From positions 76,384,001 to 76,448,000 of the forward strand of contig OX597817.1 in NCBI GenBank assembly GCA_951406725.2: a stretch of 64,000 nucleotides of DNA, given 5' to 3'. Under the pieces are notes generated by a model. That model was given only the letters and a program-made list of their open reading frames with translations, made no database searches and was not told where the DNA came from. This document shows positions 1 through 12,577 of this stretch, piece after piece. Source of the DNA: Octopus vulgaris (lineage: Eukaryota). A program made the translations under genes and the position numbers. Each line of letters opens with the position of its first letter. Within the stretch, counting starts at the first letter, position 1.

Positions 1-269
1 TCGTATACATAGTTTGACTAGTATTTACATTGAGCGAACAAATATCTCACCACTCAATATGCTGCTATTCATGTTATGACTTCTGAAACTACCATTATTA
101 CTAACGTGAATATGAGACGTTTCAATTTAAAAGGATGGCGGGCACTAATATCCATATTTTCTTTGTAATAATTAGAACACCCAAAAAGATTGCTATCACT
201 AGTATTATTTTCGCTAATATGGTTCCAATTATTTTTTAGATAATAGTCACGTTGCTCCAATCCATTAGG

Positions 270-478
270 GTCGCGAGCTGGTAGAGTCGTTAATACGCCG
301 GGTAAAATACTTAGCGGTTTTTCGTCCGTTGCTACGTTCTGAGTTCAAATTTCGACGAGGTCGACTTTGCTTTTCATCCTTTCGGGGTCGATAAATTAAG
401 TGCCACTAAAACACTGTAATCGACTATTTCCCTCCCACCATATTTGAGGCCTGGTGCCTGCAGTAGAAAGGATTATTT
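270..478 (+). mobile_element. tRNA-derived SINE, family B
   Basis: gcgagctggtagagtcgtta...gttcaaat...gtcgactttgcttttcatcctttcggggtcgataaattaag. The family has many copies across the window. Confidence 0.85.
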
Positions 479-887
479 TAGATAATAGCAGAAGAACAAT
501 TAAGAATGCCAGAAGGGGTAGCAAGCAAATCAGAAAGAGCGAAGATATCAGAAATAAAATCATTAGCGTCAAGGGGGAAGGATTTCTACATATATATCTA
601 TAATTGTTTTCTACTCTTAAATTTGTTTATGATTTCACGGTATTACATTTTTGGTGATGTTTACAATTAGTGGTACACCTGTTATTTTAAACTTTGATAT
701 TGCAATCATTGCCTGCCTTCTTTATTTTCAATCTAGGCTCTCTCTCCGAGAGAAGACTTTTCTCTCCCGGGTCTTATTGCTTTTCGAATTGTCATCGATA
801 ATTCTGTAACTTTGCTTTCCTTTGAGCTTATCTCTACACAAACCCATTTTTACCTCTTGGAAGAGATGGCCAATGTACGTGTGGCCC

Positions 888-1130
888 AAGGCAGCGAGCT
901 GGCAAAATCATTAATGCGGTGGGAGAAATGCTTAGCGGCATTTCGCCCGTCTTTACATTGAGCTCAAGTTCCGCCAAGGTTGACTTTGCCTTTCCTCTCT
1001 CTGGGTCGATAAAATAAGTACCAATTGAGCACAGGAGTCGATGTTATTGACTGGCCCTCTCCCCCAGAATTTCTGGCCGAGTGCTTATAGTAGAAATTGT
1101 TGGCCTTTTTGCCAATATTTGAAACCAGTA
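888..1130 (+). mobile_element. SINE family B
   Basis: Matches the family B consensus. Confidence 0.85.
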
Positions 1131-1422
1131 TTAATCTGGCATCTATCCTTTGATCTGTCCAGCATCGAAACCTTACCAGGAACTTGCGCTTCACTTTCAA
1201 AGCTGTCAGGGTCCCAAGCAATCACACTTCAAAAAGGAATAGACTTTTAAGCGGTCATTATTAAATAGGTTAACATCTTAGTGGTATGTTTAAACTTTAA
1301 AGAAGTTCGTTATCAAAATTGTAGTTACTCCTTGTGTATTACAATGAAATTTCTATGGGCCCAAATGTTGAATGCTATTTTAATGTATCATATTAAGTTT
1401 TCATATTAAGTACCGGATATTT

Positions 1423-1900
1423 ATGTTTGTATGCCAACAGAATGTGGCAGTCCTATACAGGACGATGTTACTGTTGTTTTACAAATACTACATACAACAG
1501 TAACATCGTCCTTTATGGGACTGCCACATTCTGTTGGCATATAAACATTACTATATGGTACTGTTACTGTATATCTCTCGCTCAGATATTTAAAACAAGT
1601 TGTTTTTCTCTGTACGAGATCAGAGACTGTGTCGCTTAAAAAATTTATAGGATTTGCAAGTGGAGAGAGCTTTCATTACTAGCTACTGGTTGTCTGAGAC
1701 TGAGGACGGTTAACATCCAGAAACCTAGGTCAGTAAGTATCACGTAAGGCTAGAGATGGGAGCGATGACCTCCCTTACAAATGCTATACGGACACAAACT
1801 GTGTGTGATTGCCAGCTGGAAAACATGTTTTTCTGGAATCAAAAAAAGAGTAACATCGTCCTTTGTTGGATTGCTACATTTGTTAGCATATAAACATTAC

Positions 1901-1906
<6 letters not shown>
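1423..1906. mobile_element. Penelope/retrozyme-like module: hairpin, direct repeat and hammerhead core
   Basis: 1423-1476 is inverted at 1495-1548. 1499-1557 recurs, diverged, at 1849-1906. A hammerhead core lies at 1700-1731. Confidence 0.6.
1700..1731 (+). ncRNA. Hammerhead ribozyme-like core
   Basis: CTGAGGA-CGGTTAACATCCA-GAAAC-CTAG-GTC, with palindromic stem III and a GUC triplet. Stem I is unclear. Confidence 0.55.
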
Positions 1907-1986
<80 letters not shown>

Positions 1987-2119
1987 TTTGTATAGTTTAC
2001 TTTTTCGTTAAGGTAAACATCAACAATGAAAGTACACCATCCGGTGAGAGATATTGTTTAATAGCCCATAACTAGCTACTATGTACATTAAACTGTGTGT
2101 GTGTGAGAAAGAGAGAGAG

Positions 2120-2197
<78 letters not shown>

Positions 2198-2363
2198 TGT
2201 GTGTGTGTGTGAGTGTGTGGGGAATTTATAAGGATTGGAATACGTGAAACATAGACTAATATTTCTGACGCAACGAACACTCGTCAGTGTGACTAGCTAC
2301 TGTGTAGAGAGTTCGTTGCGTATGACTAACATAATGAACTCCAGTTAGTGAAGAAACATATAT

Positions 2364-4815
2364 AGCCTATATTCCCCCTTTATAAATCCACTCTTTATAA
2401 ATTTTGGACTTTTATTTACATCAAAGTTTTTAAGTGAATAGATCTAATTACATATACCGACTCATAATTACTTACAAGCAGTGAGCCGCTGTGATTATGT
2501 GAATATCATCGACAAGGGCTCCTCCACAAATGTGGCTTTTATTACCCGTAAATATTCTCAAAAGTGCCATGTGAGGGAACTGGCATGTTTTAGCGTAGAA
2601 GTCAGTCTGACCTTCTGTCGCATTGGTGGACGCTGAAATGCAAAGAAACGATAGCATTAGCATTAATACAAGTAACAATTGCAAATTTAAAAAATACGAT
2701 TATAATAATTCTTACTTTAGCTAGCAATTTTCAGGGGAGGAGATGTAGTTGATACCTTCTAAAATACTTGAGTGGAACTTTATTTTTATGTTCCCATAAA
2801 GATGAAGTGTAAAACTTGACCTCAAAGGCGTTTGAACTCAGAACGTAGCCGTAAAAAAAAAAAGCTTCAAATGTCTTTTCTTATACGCTATAACAATTCT
2901 GCCAGATCGCTACCTTTTCTTTTTTACTGATGTATAATAACAATAGGTATGCTTGCATAGGGACACATTTATGTACACATACATAAACGCATATACATAC
3001 ACACATACATACGTATATGTATACATACGTGTATGTGTGTGTGCATGTATGTGTGTGCATGTGTGTGTGCTTATATGTACGCGTGCACATAAACGCTCGC
3101 ATTTCCATACAGGTTATTACATTAAGAAGCTAAGTACTTCAGTGTACTATGCAGCCTTGCTCTCTTATCGTATTGATGTGCTCTAACTTGACGCAATCAA
3201 AGACAAAATTGTATTATTGTATCCTCGTCGAGGATACATAACCAGCCTATATTCCCCCTTTATAAATCCACTCTTTATAAATTTTGGACTTTTATTTACA
3301 TCAAAGTAAGACAGTTGTTGCATGTAACATCACAGCCATCACGTAGACATATATTCTAACACTTCACACAATTTTTTGTTATACAGTGACGTGATCAGAC
3401 GTTGTTACACATCGCAGGTCACAATGCTCTTTGCTTCGTTTTAGCCTTTGAAAGACGCCACACTGCTGGCAAGGCGAGCAAGCCAACGTTCTTGTCTGAT
3501 CGAAAGAGGGACTAGAGCGATGGTAAACGAAGTATTTTGTTCAAGAACGCGCTATCCGAGAATCAAACGCACGATCTAGAGACCTTGAGTACAAGAACCT
3601 AATCACTAGGCCACACGCATTCACACTTGCAATAGTAGTCCAACAAAAACAGATGGTGACTATTGCAGAAGATTGTTAATAGGGTCACTTGATATTCCTT
3701 TAGCCCAATTAAAATACTAGAGTAATCATACAGGCTGTAGGCATTAATAAATATCCGCATAAAATGGTTTTCAGCGGCACATGCAGTGAGGATATTAGTA
3801 AATTAGTACTATTATATGTGAGAAAATACACTGTAACACGATTTCTATCCTTGAGCATTCTGCCAGATCGCTACCTTTTCTTTTTTACTGATGTATAATA
3901 ACAATAGGTATGCTTGCATAGGGACACATTTATGTACACATACATAAACGCATATACATACACACATACATACGTATATGTATACATACGTGTATGTGTG
4001 TGTGCATGTATGTGTGCATGTGTGTGTGCTTATATGTACGCGTGCACATAAACGCTCGCATTTCCATACAGGTTATTGAACATTAAGAAATTTGCTATAA
4101 CGTACTTCAGTGTACTATGCAGCCTTGCTGAATCTTATCGTATTGATGTGCTCTAACTTGACGCAATCAAAGACAAAATTGTATTATTGTATCCTCGTCG
4201 AGGATACATAACCAGCCTCCAGTATCTTCCTCCCATATGGGATAACAACGTATCTTTAATTTATTTGTATTTAAATAAAAGAGTAAGACAGTTGTTGCAT
4301 GACCAAGCAAAAAAAATAAATATAATTACAAAACTTTTTGTCACACAGTGTTCAGCGCATATCGTCTCTTATAATAATAGAGCTCATTCTTAACCCTATT
4401 TAATCTTACAATGAACGTTTTAATCTTCCAAGTAACGTAATCCTTCTGGGATAGTCGTTATTTATCAGCTCTAACGTCAAAATTGTGAGCCATTATCAAT
4501 TATCGCATAAATTTGTCAAATCTGCCCTTAGGAATATTTGGCATATCCGTGCTAGTTACTTAAGATGTCATTATCACCGTATTCTTAATGTCATACTTTG
4601 ACAAAAGATTGTTAATAGGGTCACTTGATATTCCTTTAGCCCAATTAAAATACTAGAGTAATCATAGGCGCAGGCTGTAGGCATTAATAAATATCCGCAT
4701 AAAATGGTTTTCAGCGGCACATGCAGTGAGGATATTAGTAAATTAGTACTATTACTATGTGAGAAAATACACTGTAACACGATTTCTATCCTTGAGCACG
4801 GAGAAGCCTGTCGTA

Positions 4816-4862
<47 letters not shown>

Positions 4863-5514
4863 TATGTGTGTGTGTGTTTGTGTGTCTGTGTTTGTCTCCC
4901 TAGCATTGCTTGACAACCGATGCTGGTGTGTTTACGTCCCCGTCACTTAGCGGTTCGGCAAAAGAGAGACCGATAGAATAAGTACTAGGCTTACAAAGAA
5001 TAAGTCCCGGGCAGAATATTTGCTATAACGATATTTCTGCTTCAGCAACTCAGTGCTGAATCTGTTTGAAATGTAATGGAAAATAGGTCAGTTTCAAAAC
5101 ATTGCTGTCCAGGTCACAAAAGCAAAGTTTTAAGGTAACAGCAATCATTTCCTTTGATTTCTAGATAGAAACAAATAATAAGTAAGACTTACTGACCAAG
5201 CAAAAAAAATAAATATAATTACAAAACTTTTTGTCACACAGTGTTCAGCGCATATCGTCTCTTATAATAATAGAGCTCATTCTTAACCCTATTTAATCTT
5301 ACAATGAACGTTTTAATCTTCCAAGTATACGTAATCCTTCTGGGATATTCGTTATTGCCAGAATATCAGCTCTAACGTCAAAATTGTGAGCCATTATCAA
5401 TTATCGCATAAATTTGTCAAATCTGCACCTTAGGAATATTTGGCATATCCGTGCTAGTTACTTAAGATGTCATTATCACCGTATTCTTAATGTCATACTT
5501 TGACAAAAGATTGT
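2364..5514. repeat. Scrambled set of near-identical direct duplications (offsets ~880-977 bp)
   Basis: 2364-2427=3244-3307; 2896-3248~3857-4218; 3669-3857~4605-4798; 4300-4612~5193-5514. Confidence 0.9.
2476..2632 (-). CDS. Exon of trypsin-like serine protease (peptidase S1) with catalytic His motif
   Basis: tttcag acceptor and GTAAG donor. Encodes (A)STNATEGQTDFYAKTCQFPHMALLRIFTGNKSHICGGALVDDIHIITAAHC, with the CGG and TAAHC signatures and the usual phase-2 intron just after His57. Confidence 0.9.
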
Positions 5515-5810
5515 CCATTAATATTGCAGATTCCCACATGAATATATATATGTAAGTACATAGGCGCAGGAGTGGCTGTGTGGTAAGTAGCTTGCTAACC
5601 AACCACATGGTTCCGGGTTCAGTTCCACTGCGTCGCACCTTGGGCAAAATTTTTCACAAATTCAAATGTCCAGTTTTCAACATTTCCAGCATTGTCACCA
5701 TTTCTAGGTTTTCAAAGAATAAGTCCCGGGGTCGATTTGCCCGACTAAAGGCGGTGCTCCAGCATGGCCGCAGTCAAATGACTGAAACAAGTAAAAGAGT
5801 AAAGAGAGTA
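4800..5810 (+). mobile_element. SINE family A in out-of-order pieces
   Basis: Middle part at 4800-5010, 5' tRNA-like head at 5560-5648, 3' part at 5714-5810. Confidence 0.8.
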
Positions 5811-6289
5811 TACGTATACTGCCAGATCGCTTTCTGAGTAAGTCCACAGTTTCTAGTGCAAAGCTAAAATAATCCTTCTCGGTAACGTTAATATTGTAAT
5901 GATAACGGATTCTTATGTATGGCTTACCAACATGTAACTCAATACAAAAGAACGTATCGACAAAAGCCAGTTCTCTGCCATCTACGTTTAGCTTGTAATA
6001 TCAGATTCTTAGGTGCGGGTTAACACCTTGGTGCCCCATATAAATGGACGTATCTATGGAAACGAGTCTTCTCTCATCTAATATATTTGTTCCTCTGGTA
6101 TTCATTTTGCCAGAATAAATCACTCAAAGGTTACATTAATTTGAAAGGAACAAAATTTCAAACTGGTAAGATTATGCATTTCGATGAATGTAGCACCAAA
6201 TACATTAAATGCAAAAGAAATGAAATTCAAGATAAGTCTAGTTTCATGGTTAAAGCAAATGCAATCGAATAAAGTACACAAGGCCATAC

Positions 6290-7072
6290 TTCAACGAAAC
6301 TCTAAAAGCACGAGTTGTAAGAGAAGAAAATGCAAAAACAGCCCTATTGTCTTCTGCTATGTTTGCGAATGTTACACTTTATCTTGCCAGCGAAACAAAG
6401 CCAGATTTTGTGAAAAAAGCTTACCTTACTTTCTGGGTAATCAAGACAAAGCTTGAGCACTCCATATAGTGTGTTAAATATGTGATGAAACACTGAGACA
6501 GTGACTGTTTTAAATGCTTAAGCAGAAATTTTCTATCTTTTTCTTGTGATAAAAATATGGTTGATGTGTTTGACGGGCTACAGATAGCAGGACGATCAGT
6601 TTTTGGAAAGCATTCCTAGCGTTGGAAAAGAAGCGAGGAATACTTTTGCTGCAGTTGTGTCTGATTTCCTGGGAAACAGGAAACCATCAAATTATGAAGA
6701 ACTTGTGTAGAACCTGTTAAGAAACTGTAGAGCATTGGACTGCAACACAAGTGTAAAGTGCATTTCCTGCATAGTCATCTGAACTTCTTCCATGAAAATC
6801 ATGGTGCAATAAATGATGAGCAAAGAGAAAGATTCCACCAAGACATCGAAACGATAGAGATTAGGTATCAAGACAGGTAGTAGATTAACATGATGGCTGA
6901 ATACTGTTAGTCTCTGCAAAGAAACTGTCGATCAACTTATTCACGCAAAGCAGCAAAGAGAAAGCTTAATCGTTGAGTTACTGAAACTCCAGTTTGACAG
7001 AAATATCTATCCTAATATGTGTAATTAAGCATTTTGTATAAACAGTAAAACGTACTATTTAGTTTGTGCTAG

Positions 7073-7123
<51 letters not shown>

Positions 7124-7327
7124 GTTGTTATTGTTATTATTTTAGTATTGCATTTTAATGGCAAAATTGATATTTTTTGTTAAAAAAATTAATTTCTGTT
7201 TAACAAAGAAAATTGATGTGACAGAAAATTTCCCAAGGCATTTCTGAATACAGCACCATCATATTCGGCGGGACTAATTATAAAAGGGAAGACAACTAAA
7301 AAAATTTTTCGAAAATGTTCCCCAGTG
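6290..7327 (+). mobile_element. Decayed, internally deleted DNA transposon (transposase pseudogene; superfamily not assigned)
   Basis: N-terminal CKNSPIVFCYVC...NQDKA and C-terminal DFLGNRKPSNYEELV*...HFLHSHLNFFHENHGAINDEQRERFHQDI...MMAEYC* with stops and a frameshift. Terminus ...ccccagtg at ~7327 and a second similar terminus at ~7415-7537. Confidence 0.75.
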
Positions 7328-7558
7328 TTATCAATAAAATAATAAAAGCAGCTGATCATCTCTACTGCTTACAGACAAATAATGCAATTGTGCTTATTCA
7401 GAGAGTAAACTGTAGAAAAATCTTGACGTGATAGAAGAAAACTGATTGCAGTTTTGAAATCAGCATGCCAATTTTAGTCTAAATCAGATGAAAAATTCAA
7501 ACTCGGCAGAAATTATGTTCACAATTGCTCCCCTGTGTAATTAGTAACACGTACTTAC

Positions 7559-7625
7559 CGGTATTTTTAGCTTCAAATAACAGGCAACCCAGCAGTGGAA
7601 TCAGAAATCTATGTAAGAAATTCAT
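7559..7625 (-). CDS. First coding exon (signal peptide) of a secreted trypsin-like peptidase S1 gene
   Basis: Minus strand ATG at 7625 gives MNFLHRFLIPLLGCLLFEAKNT+G, followed by a GTAAGT donor at 7558. An acceptor (catag) lies 5 nt before the ATG. The phase-1 end joins in frame to the 2632-2476 exon. Confidence 0.75.
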
Positions 7626-8463
7626 ATCACCTATGTTCAAAGAATGATTTTGGAATCTTCTTGCAATCTATTCCTTCGAGCTTTCTCAGCTACGTCACTT
7701 TAATTTTACCCTTAAATACAATTTTTCAAACAGTCTCGCTCTTTCTTGTCTTCCTTCTTCCTTCTCCTCCGTCAATTGATTATTTATTTCAATGAGGAAG
7801 ATAAAAGTGCACAGTTTTAAGTAAAAATAAATAATAAACGGTATTTTGATTTGCTGTTTAATGTATTTGTGTGTGAAGAATTATCAGCTGTTCAAATCTG
7901 GTCTTATTCTCATAAAGTACTTTAACTATTTACGATAATTTTTTTTCTTAACTGTAGGCCATTAATATTTCTGGGGATTGTTTATTAAACTTTTGATAAT
8001 ATTTACATATCACAAAGGGACTCTAACACCTGGTATTTCCTTTTAGCAAATTTCGATTGTTACTTTTATTATTTTTATTCAATATTACTCAGAGTATTAC
8101 TATTCTCAAAAACATACTTTACAATATTCCCGTTTAACCATTTTTCGACTAACGAAATCTACTAGAAATACATTTTATCAGTATACCCTCTCCTTGTCTT
8201 TTGCGTTTGTGTCTAACTGCTCTATCAATTTAACTATAGCACCAACAACACATTCCGTACTATCAGTAGTTGAACAAGTGTAACAGTGCGTACAGTGAAA
8301 ATAAAGAGAGGCAGAACTGGTTTATGTTAACAATTACTGTTAATAATTCGTCACGGCTTCACAACACATCTTATTCTAGCTTAAATTACAACTACCGGAG
8401 AAAACCATGCTTTATTTCTCACAGTGGACACAAGGAAAGATAACTCTTCTTTGTCATACTTAC

Positions 8464-8560
8464 GGCTAGTAATTCGTATGGTATTCATAATACACATGCT
8501 ACTTTGCAATACTGTCTGTCATGAATGGTAGCATTTCATAAAACTTGGTATACCTCTGCC
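8464..8560 (-). other. Possible 5' UTR exon of the protease gene (upstream boundary unknown)
   Basis: Strong GTAAGTAT donor at 8463. The first coding exon starts at an acceptor, which implies an upstream non-coding exon. Confidence 0.25.
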
Positions 8561-10739
8561 GCAATTCTATTAAATTACTTCATTGATTGTCAAAATATAT
8601 AAGTAGATGTATTTCAAATATTTTCCATTGTGGATATCCATAAAAATCTAAAGACAATATTCTGCAGAGAATGATAAGAAAAGACAATATCAAATTTCTA
8701 CAAGTACTCGAGACAGCGAGTATCAAAACACAGATCTGCATGCTTATTCTTAACTCGTTCTGTCAGATTTGAACGTGGATGTGCTAATACAGCTGTATTT
8801 AAACTTTGGAAAACCACTTCTTCCTTCCGATTGTGTGCTGATAAGATACTCGTTTAAATGACGTAGAAGACTTGGAGGCACCAGTTTTCGACAAGGAATT
8901 CAGTAAAAGACATTTGCTGATGCATGCTGTTGTTTGCCAAGTCAGTATTAAATTCCTATGGTCAGGTAGATTCTATAAACAAGAACTACCAATCTTGTTT
9001 AGATTTAGAGATCCGGGGACAACTTTGACTAATTAGATACAATAACGCTGAAACGCTGGTGTTTGAGAGTCCATTATGTCACTGAGATGTGTGTGTTAGC
9101 ACATATCGTCGAAAGAGAGAAGTCATCATTCGAAGGAGAAATATAACCACAAGTAACATGTTCACATTCAAATCAGATGAAACATCTTAAGAATAAATAT
9201 GTATATTATTGAACAAGGCAAGAAATATTAAAGTATCAACTTCCAATCAAAATAAAACACTTCATACATTATAGTTTAGGATTACCAAAGTAGAGCAAAA
9301 ATTAAAACACCAAAGTGTTTACAAATCGAAGTAAATATACCAATATCAGCTTATAAATATAGCAGAACGTGTCAGTGTGTTAAATAAAGGATCTCGATCA
9401 TTTCGTTTTTTTTTACTTAATAGGAAAAAACAGGTCGAAACCCATGGATACTTTTCTTATGGTTTTCGACACTAGATAAGAAATAGGTCAAAAAGAAAAA
9501 AAAATCTGCAACGCACGAGTTGTTTTTTTGTTTAGCCCTAGATAAACACAGATCAAGAATAATTATAGTTAAAAACGATCTAGCCGTGACCACCCGGTCT
9601 TTTTTTATAACATTGGTTTTGGTGTCATTTCTGCGGGATTTATTCGTCTTTTTCTAGCAAAAATAACAGAAACTCGTTGAATTGCGAGCGCACAACAGGA
9701 GAGATTTTCAGAGGAAGAACTCCAATCCAACAAGTGTTTCGGACCTTATACTTGACACTCTACGGGAGCCAGGCCCACCCAAGTCATGACTCCTAGGTAT
9801 CCTGCTGCTTTCCAAAATCCTGTCTCCAGCGGGTTTTGTACCTGGGTCGTCCTTGTGAACTTATGTTCTCAGGTCTGTGTTTCAATGCCCGCTAGGCAAC
9901 TATGACCGCCGAAAGAACAAGTTCTCTTCTTCCTTATATTTCCTGGAAATATCCAATGGAATCCATAACTAGGTTCATTGACCATTTCTCTTTGTCAATA
10001 TCCACATTGAGATCTTTTCAACAACATGAGACAAGCATTTGATTGTGGCAGTTCTTCTGCGGCCTTTGATACCCAACTGGAAAGCTTACACTGGAGTGGT
10101 CCCGCTAAAAGTATCTAATGATCAACAAATAACGTACAGTTGAGTAATATATAACATATTACACCCAGAAATGGATATGATAAACCTTCATCATTTCAAT
10201 ATTCTTCTTTAGTGCACATTGCTAGTGGAGCGGCCATGCTTACACTGAAAAGCCAGAAAGAAAAATTCGCAATCAGGCTCAAACTTCGATCACATGACCA
10301 CAATAGTACCAACTATAAGCAAGCATGCGCAGAAGGCAGTGTGACAATAACAAAGATATATTATGGCGAAAGTGCGGATAATTTTTGACTTAACCTTGTA
10401 CATATGTGCGTATATATATATATATAGACTTCAAAATTTACTAGTAGCGACTTTCTGCAAATCAACAAAACTTGGCACCCAATGGAATGCCAATACCGAT
10501 GCAACACTGATGTGGACAGCAAGGGTGACTCTGTTGTAAAATGAACCTCATTTGATCACATTCCATGAGAATATCTCGATCACACTATATATTACTAGAC
10601 AGATAAATATATGTTATTAACTTTATTGATGTCACATACATAATGATTGTATTTTATTTAAATAGTATCAACCAGATCATTAGACGTTGTTATGCATCGC
10701 TGGTTATAATGCGCTTTCAATTCTTTCTTGATCGCTGTT

Positions 10740-11250
10740 TCTTATCCATTCTGTCCCAAATTGCTTAACTAAATCGTTTTCCCATTGTCATGGAAGCCTT
10801 CCCAGTGTCTCTTTATCAATTTCTTTACTTCATAGGTCTGCCTATTCTCTGAGAACTTTCTTTTTTGTGACATGTGTAGCCGAGCGGAACTTGTGCTTTC
10901 GGTATTCTACAATCACATCGTTCACTTCGCTCCGTTCTCAGATGATCTCGTTTTGAATTTGCCCTCGTAATGAAATTCCTAGCAGCGATCTTTGCATTGC
11001 ATGGCCCTTTGCGTCGTATCCAACGTCTCACTTGCGTATAAAAGCAATATAGGACGGTGTTATTGAACAGACTGGCGCATGTGGCCTTGCCTAGCTTTGC
11101 TTTGAGTACAATCCTTTTTTAGGTAGACACCATCTGTCCTGCCTTTATTCTCTTCGAGATTTCTACATTCATGCGTTGGGGCAAATTCAGTGTGTACCCC
11201 TCGCAGACGTATTCCATTACCTACTCGATCTCATCACTCTCCAACACTAT
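10740..11250 (-). mobile_element. RTE-like LINE fragment
   Basis: Decayed translation SRRIKAG...LFNNTVL/LLYASET resembles the RTE-clade ORF C-terminus. Confidence 0.6.
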
Positions 11251-11525
11251 TTCTGCTACATTTTCTGTTATATTTTCGTACCGCATGTATTTTTGTTGCC
11301 CTGTGGTTCATTTTAATGCCTACTGCTATAGACAGTACGCTATAGCATTAGTTCTCGGAATCATCCGTCTTTACCTACAGAGTTGAAATTCTTCCGAAGT
11401 TGACTTTGACTTTTACTATTTTGATATCCGTAAAATAAGTATCAGTTGAGCTCTGGTATCGATGTAATCGATTTACCACTCCTCCGAGCCTGTTGACTGT
11501 GTGCCAAATTTCGAAATTATTATTA

Positions 11526-11602
<77 letters not shown>

Positions 11603-11629
11603 ATTATTATTATTATCATCATCATCATT

Positions 11630-12125
11630 GAGTGAGAGAGTAGTGCATGCCATCAAAATGACACTGGAGCCCAATATACCCATCATGACTACCCGTCTGA
11701 TAAGGGTACTCCAGGAATATGGTGATCTCATATCAAGATAAACAACGCATGACCGTGCAGATGGGGCACAGAACTTTCTTCAGGTCGAGTAACTCATCTC
11801 ATTCAAAAGGTCCCTGAATGAGTTTTGTTTAAGGGGGATGAATGAAACACCATGTTTCCAGAGGTGAATTATTCAAACCCCAAAGAATTTCTCTCAACAC
11901 ATTGGCTATAAGGCTCCCCCACTACTTCTGCTACTGATCAGAGATGCACATATCATCAGCCATCAAGGAACATGGTCAACTGGTTAAGGTCAAACAACTG
12001 ACAAGCAAATCTGTGGTATTGAGCAGAATATTTGCAGTGGTCCATCTTTTATACCAAGACAAAACAATGTATATACTTCCAATCAGTTAAGATCAGAAGC
12101 CACGAGAGCCAGTATCAGGGCATTT
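11630..12125. mobile_element. (AAT)n-embedded non-coding interspersed element (family C)
   Basis: gagtgagagag...cagggcattt between (ATT)n-type tracts. Other copies at 21936-22378, 22440-22997 and 52430-52893. Confidence 0.85.
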
Positions 12126-12183
12126 ATTATCATTATCATCATCGTCGTTGTCGTCATCATCATCATCATTATCATCATCGTCG

Positions 12184-12215
<32 letters not shown>

Positions 12216-12478
12216 GTTGTTGTTGTTATTGTTGTTGTTGTTGTTATTAAGGCGGTGTAGCGGAAGAATCGTCAGTACTCCGGGTTAAATGCTTTGCGGC
12301 ATTTCGTCTGTCTTTACGTTCCGAGTTCAAATTCACTGAGGTCGACTTTTCTATTCATCCTTTCGAAATCGATAAAAGAAGTACCACTCGGGTATAGGGG
12401 TCGATGTAATCGACTTACCCTTCTCTAAAATTTCTCGCTATGTACATAGAATAGAAAGGATTATTATTATTATTATTA

Positions 12479-12576
<98 letters not shown>

Positions 12577-12577
<1 letters not shown>

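Noticed and set aside
1-2470. Downstream protease exons (Asp102, GDSGGP)
   Set aside because: No DIAL-, GWG- or GDSGG-like exon found by eye. They presumably lie left of the window.
2633-2684. Hydrophobic N-terminus of ORF 2472-2684 as a signal peptide
   Set aside because: It lies upstream of a good acceptor and has no ATG at the annotated start. The exon at 7625-7559 supplies an in-phase signal peptide.
9720-10120. Possible RTE LINE fragment
   Set aside because: Only faint similarity, not supportable by eye.
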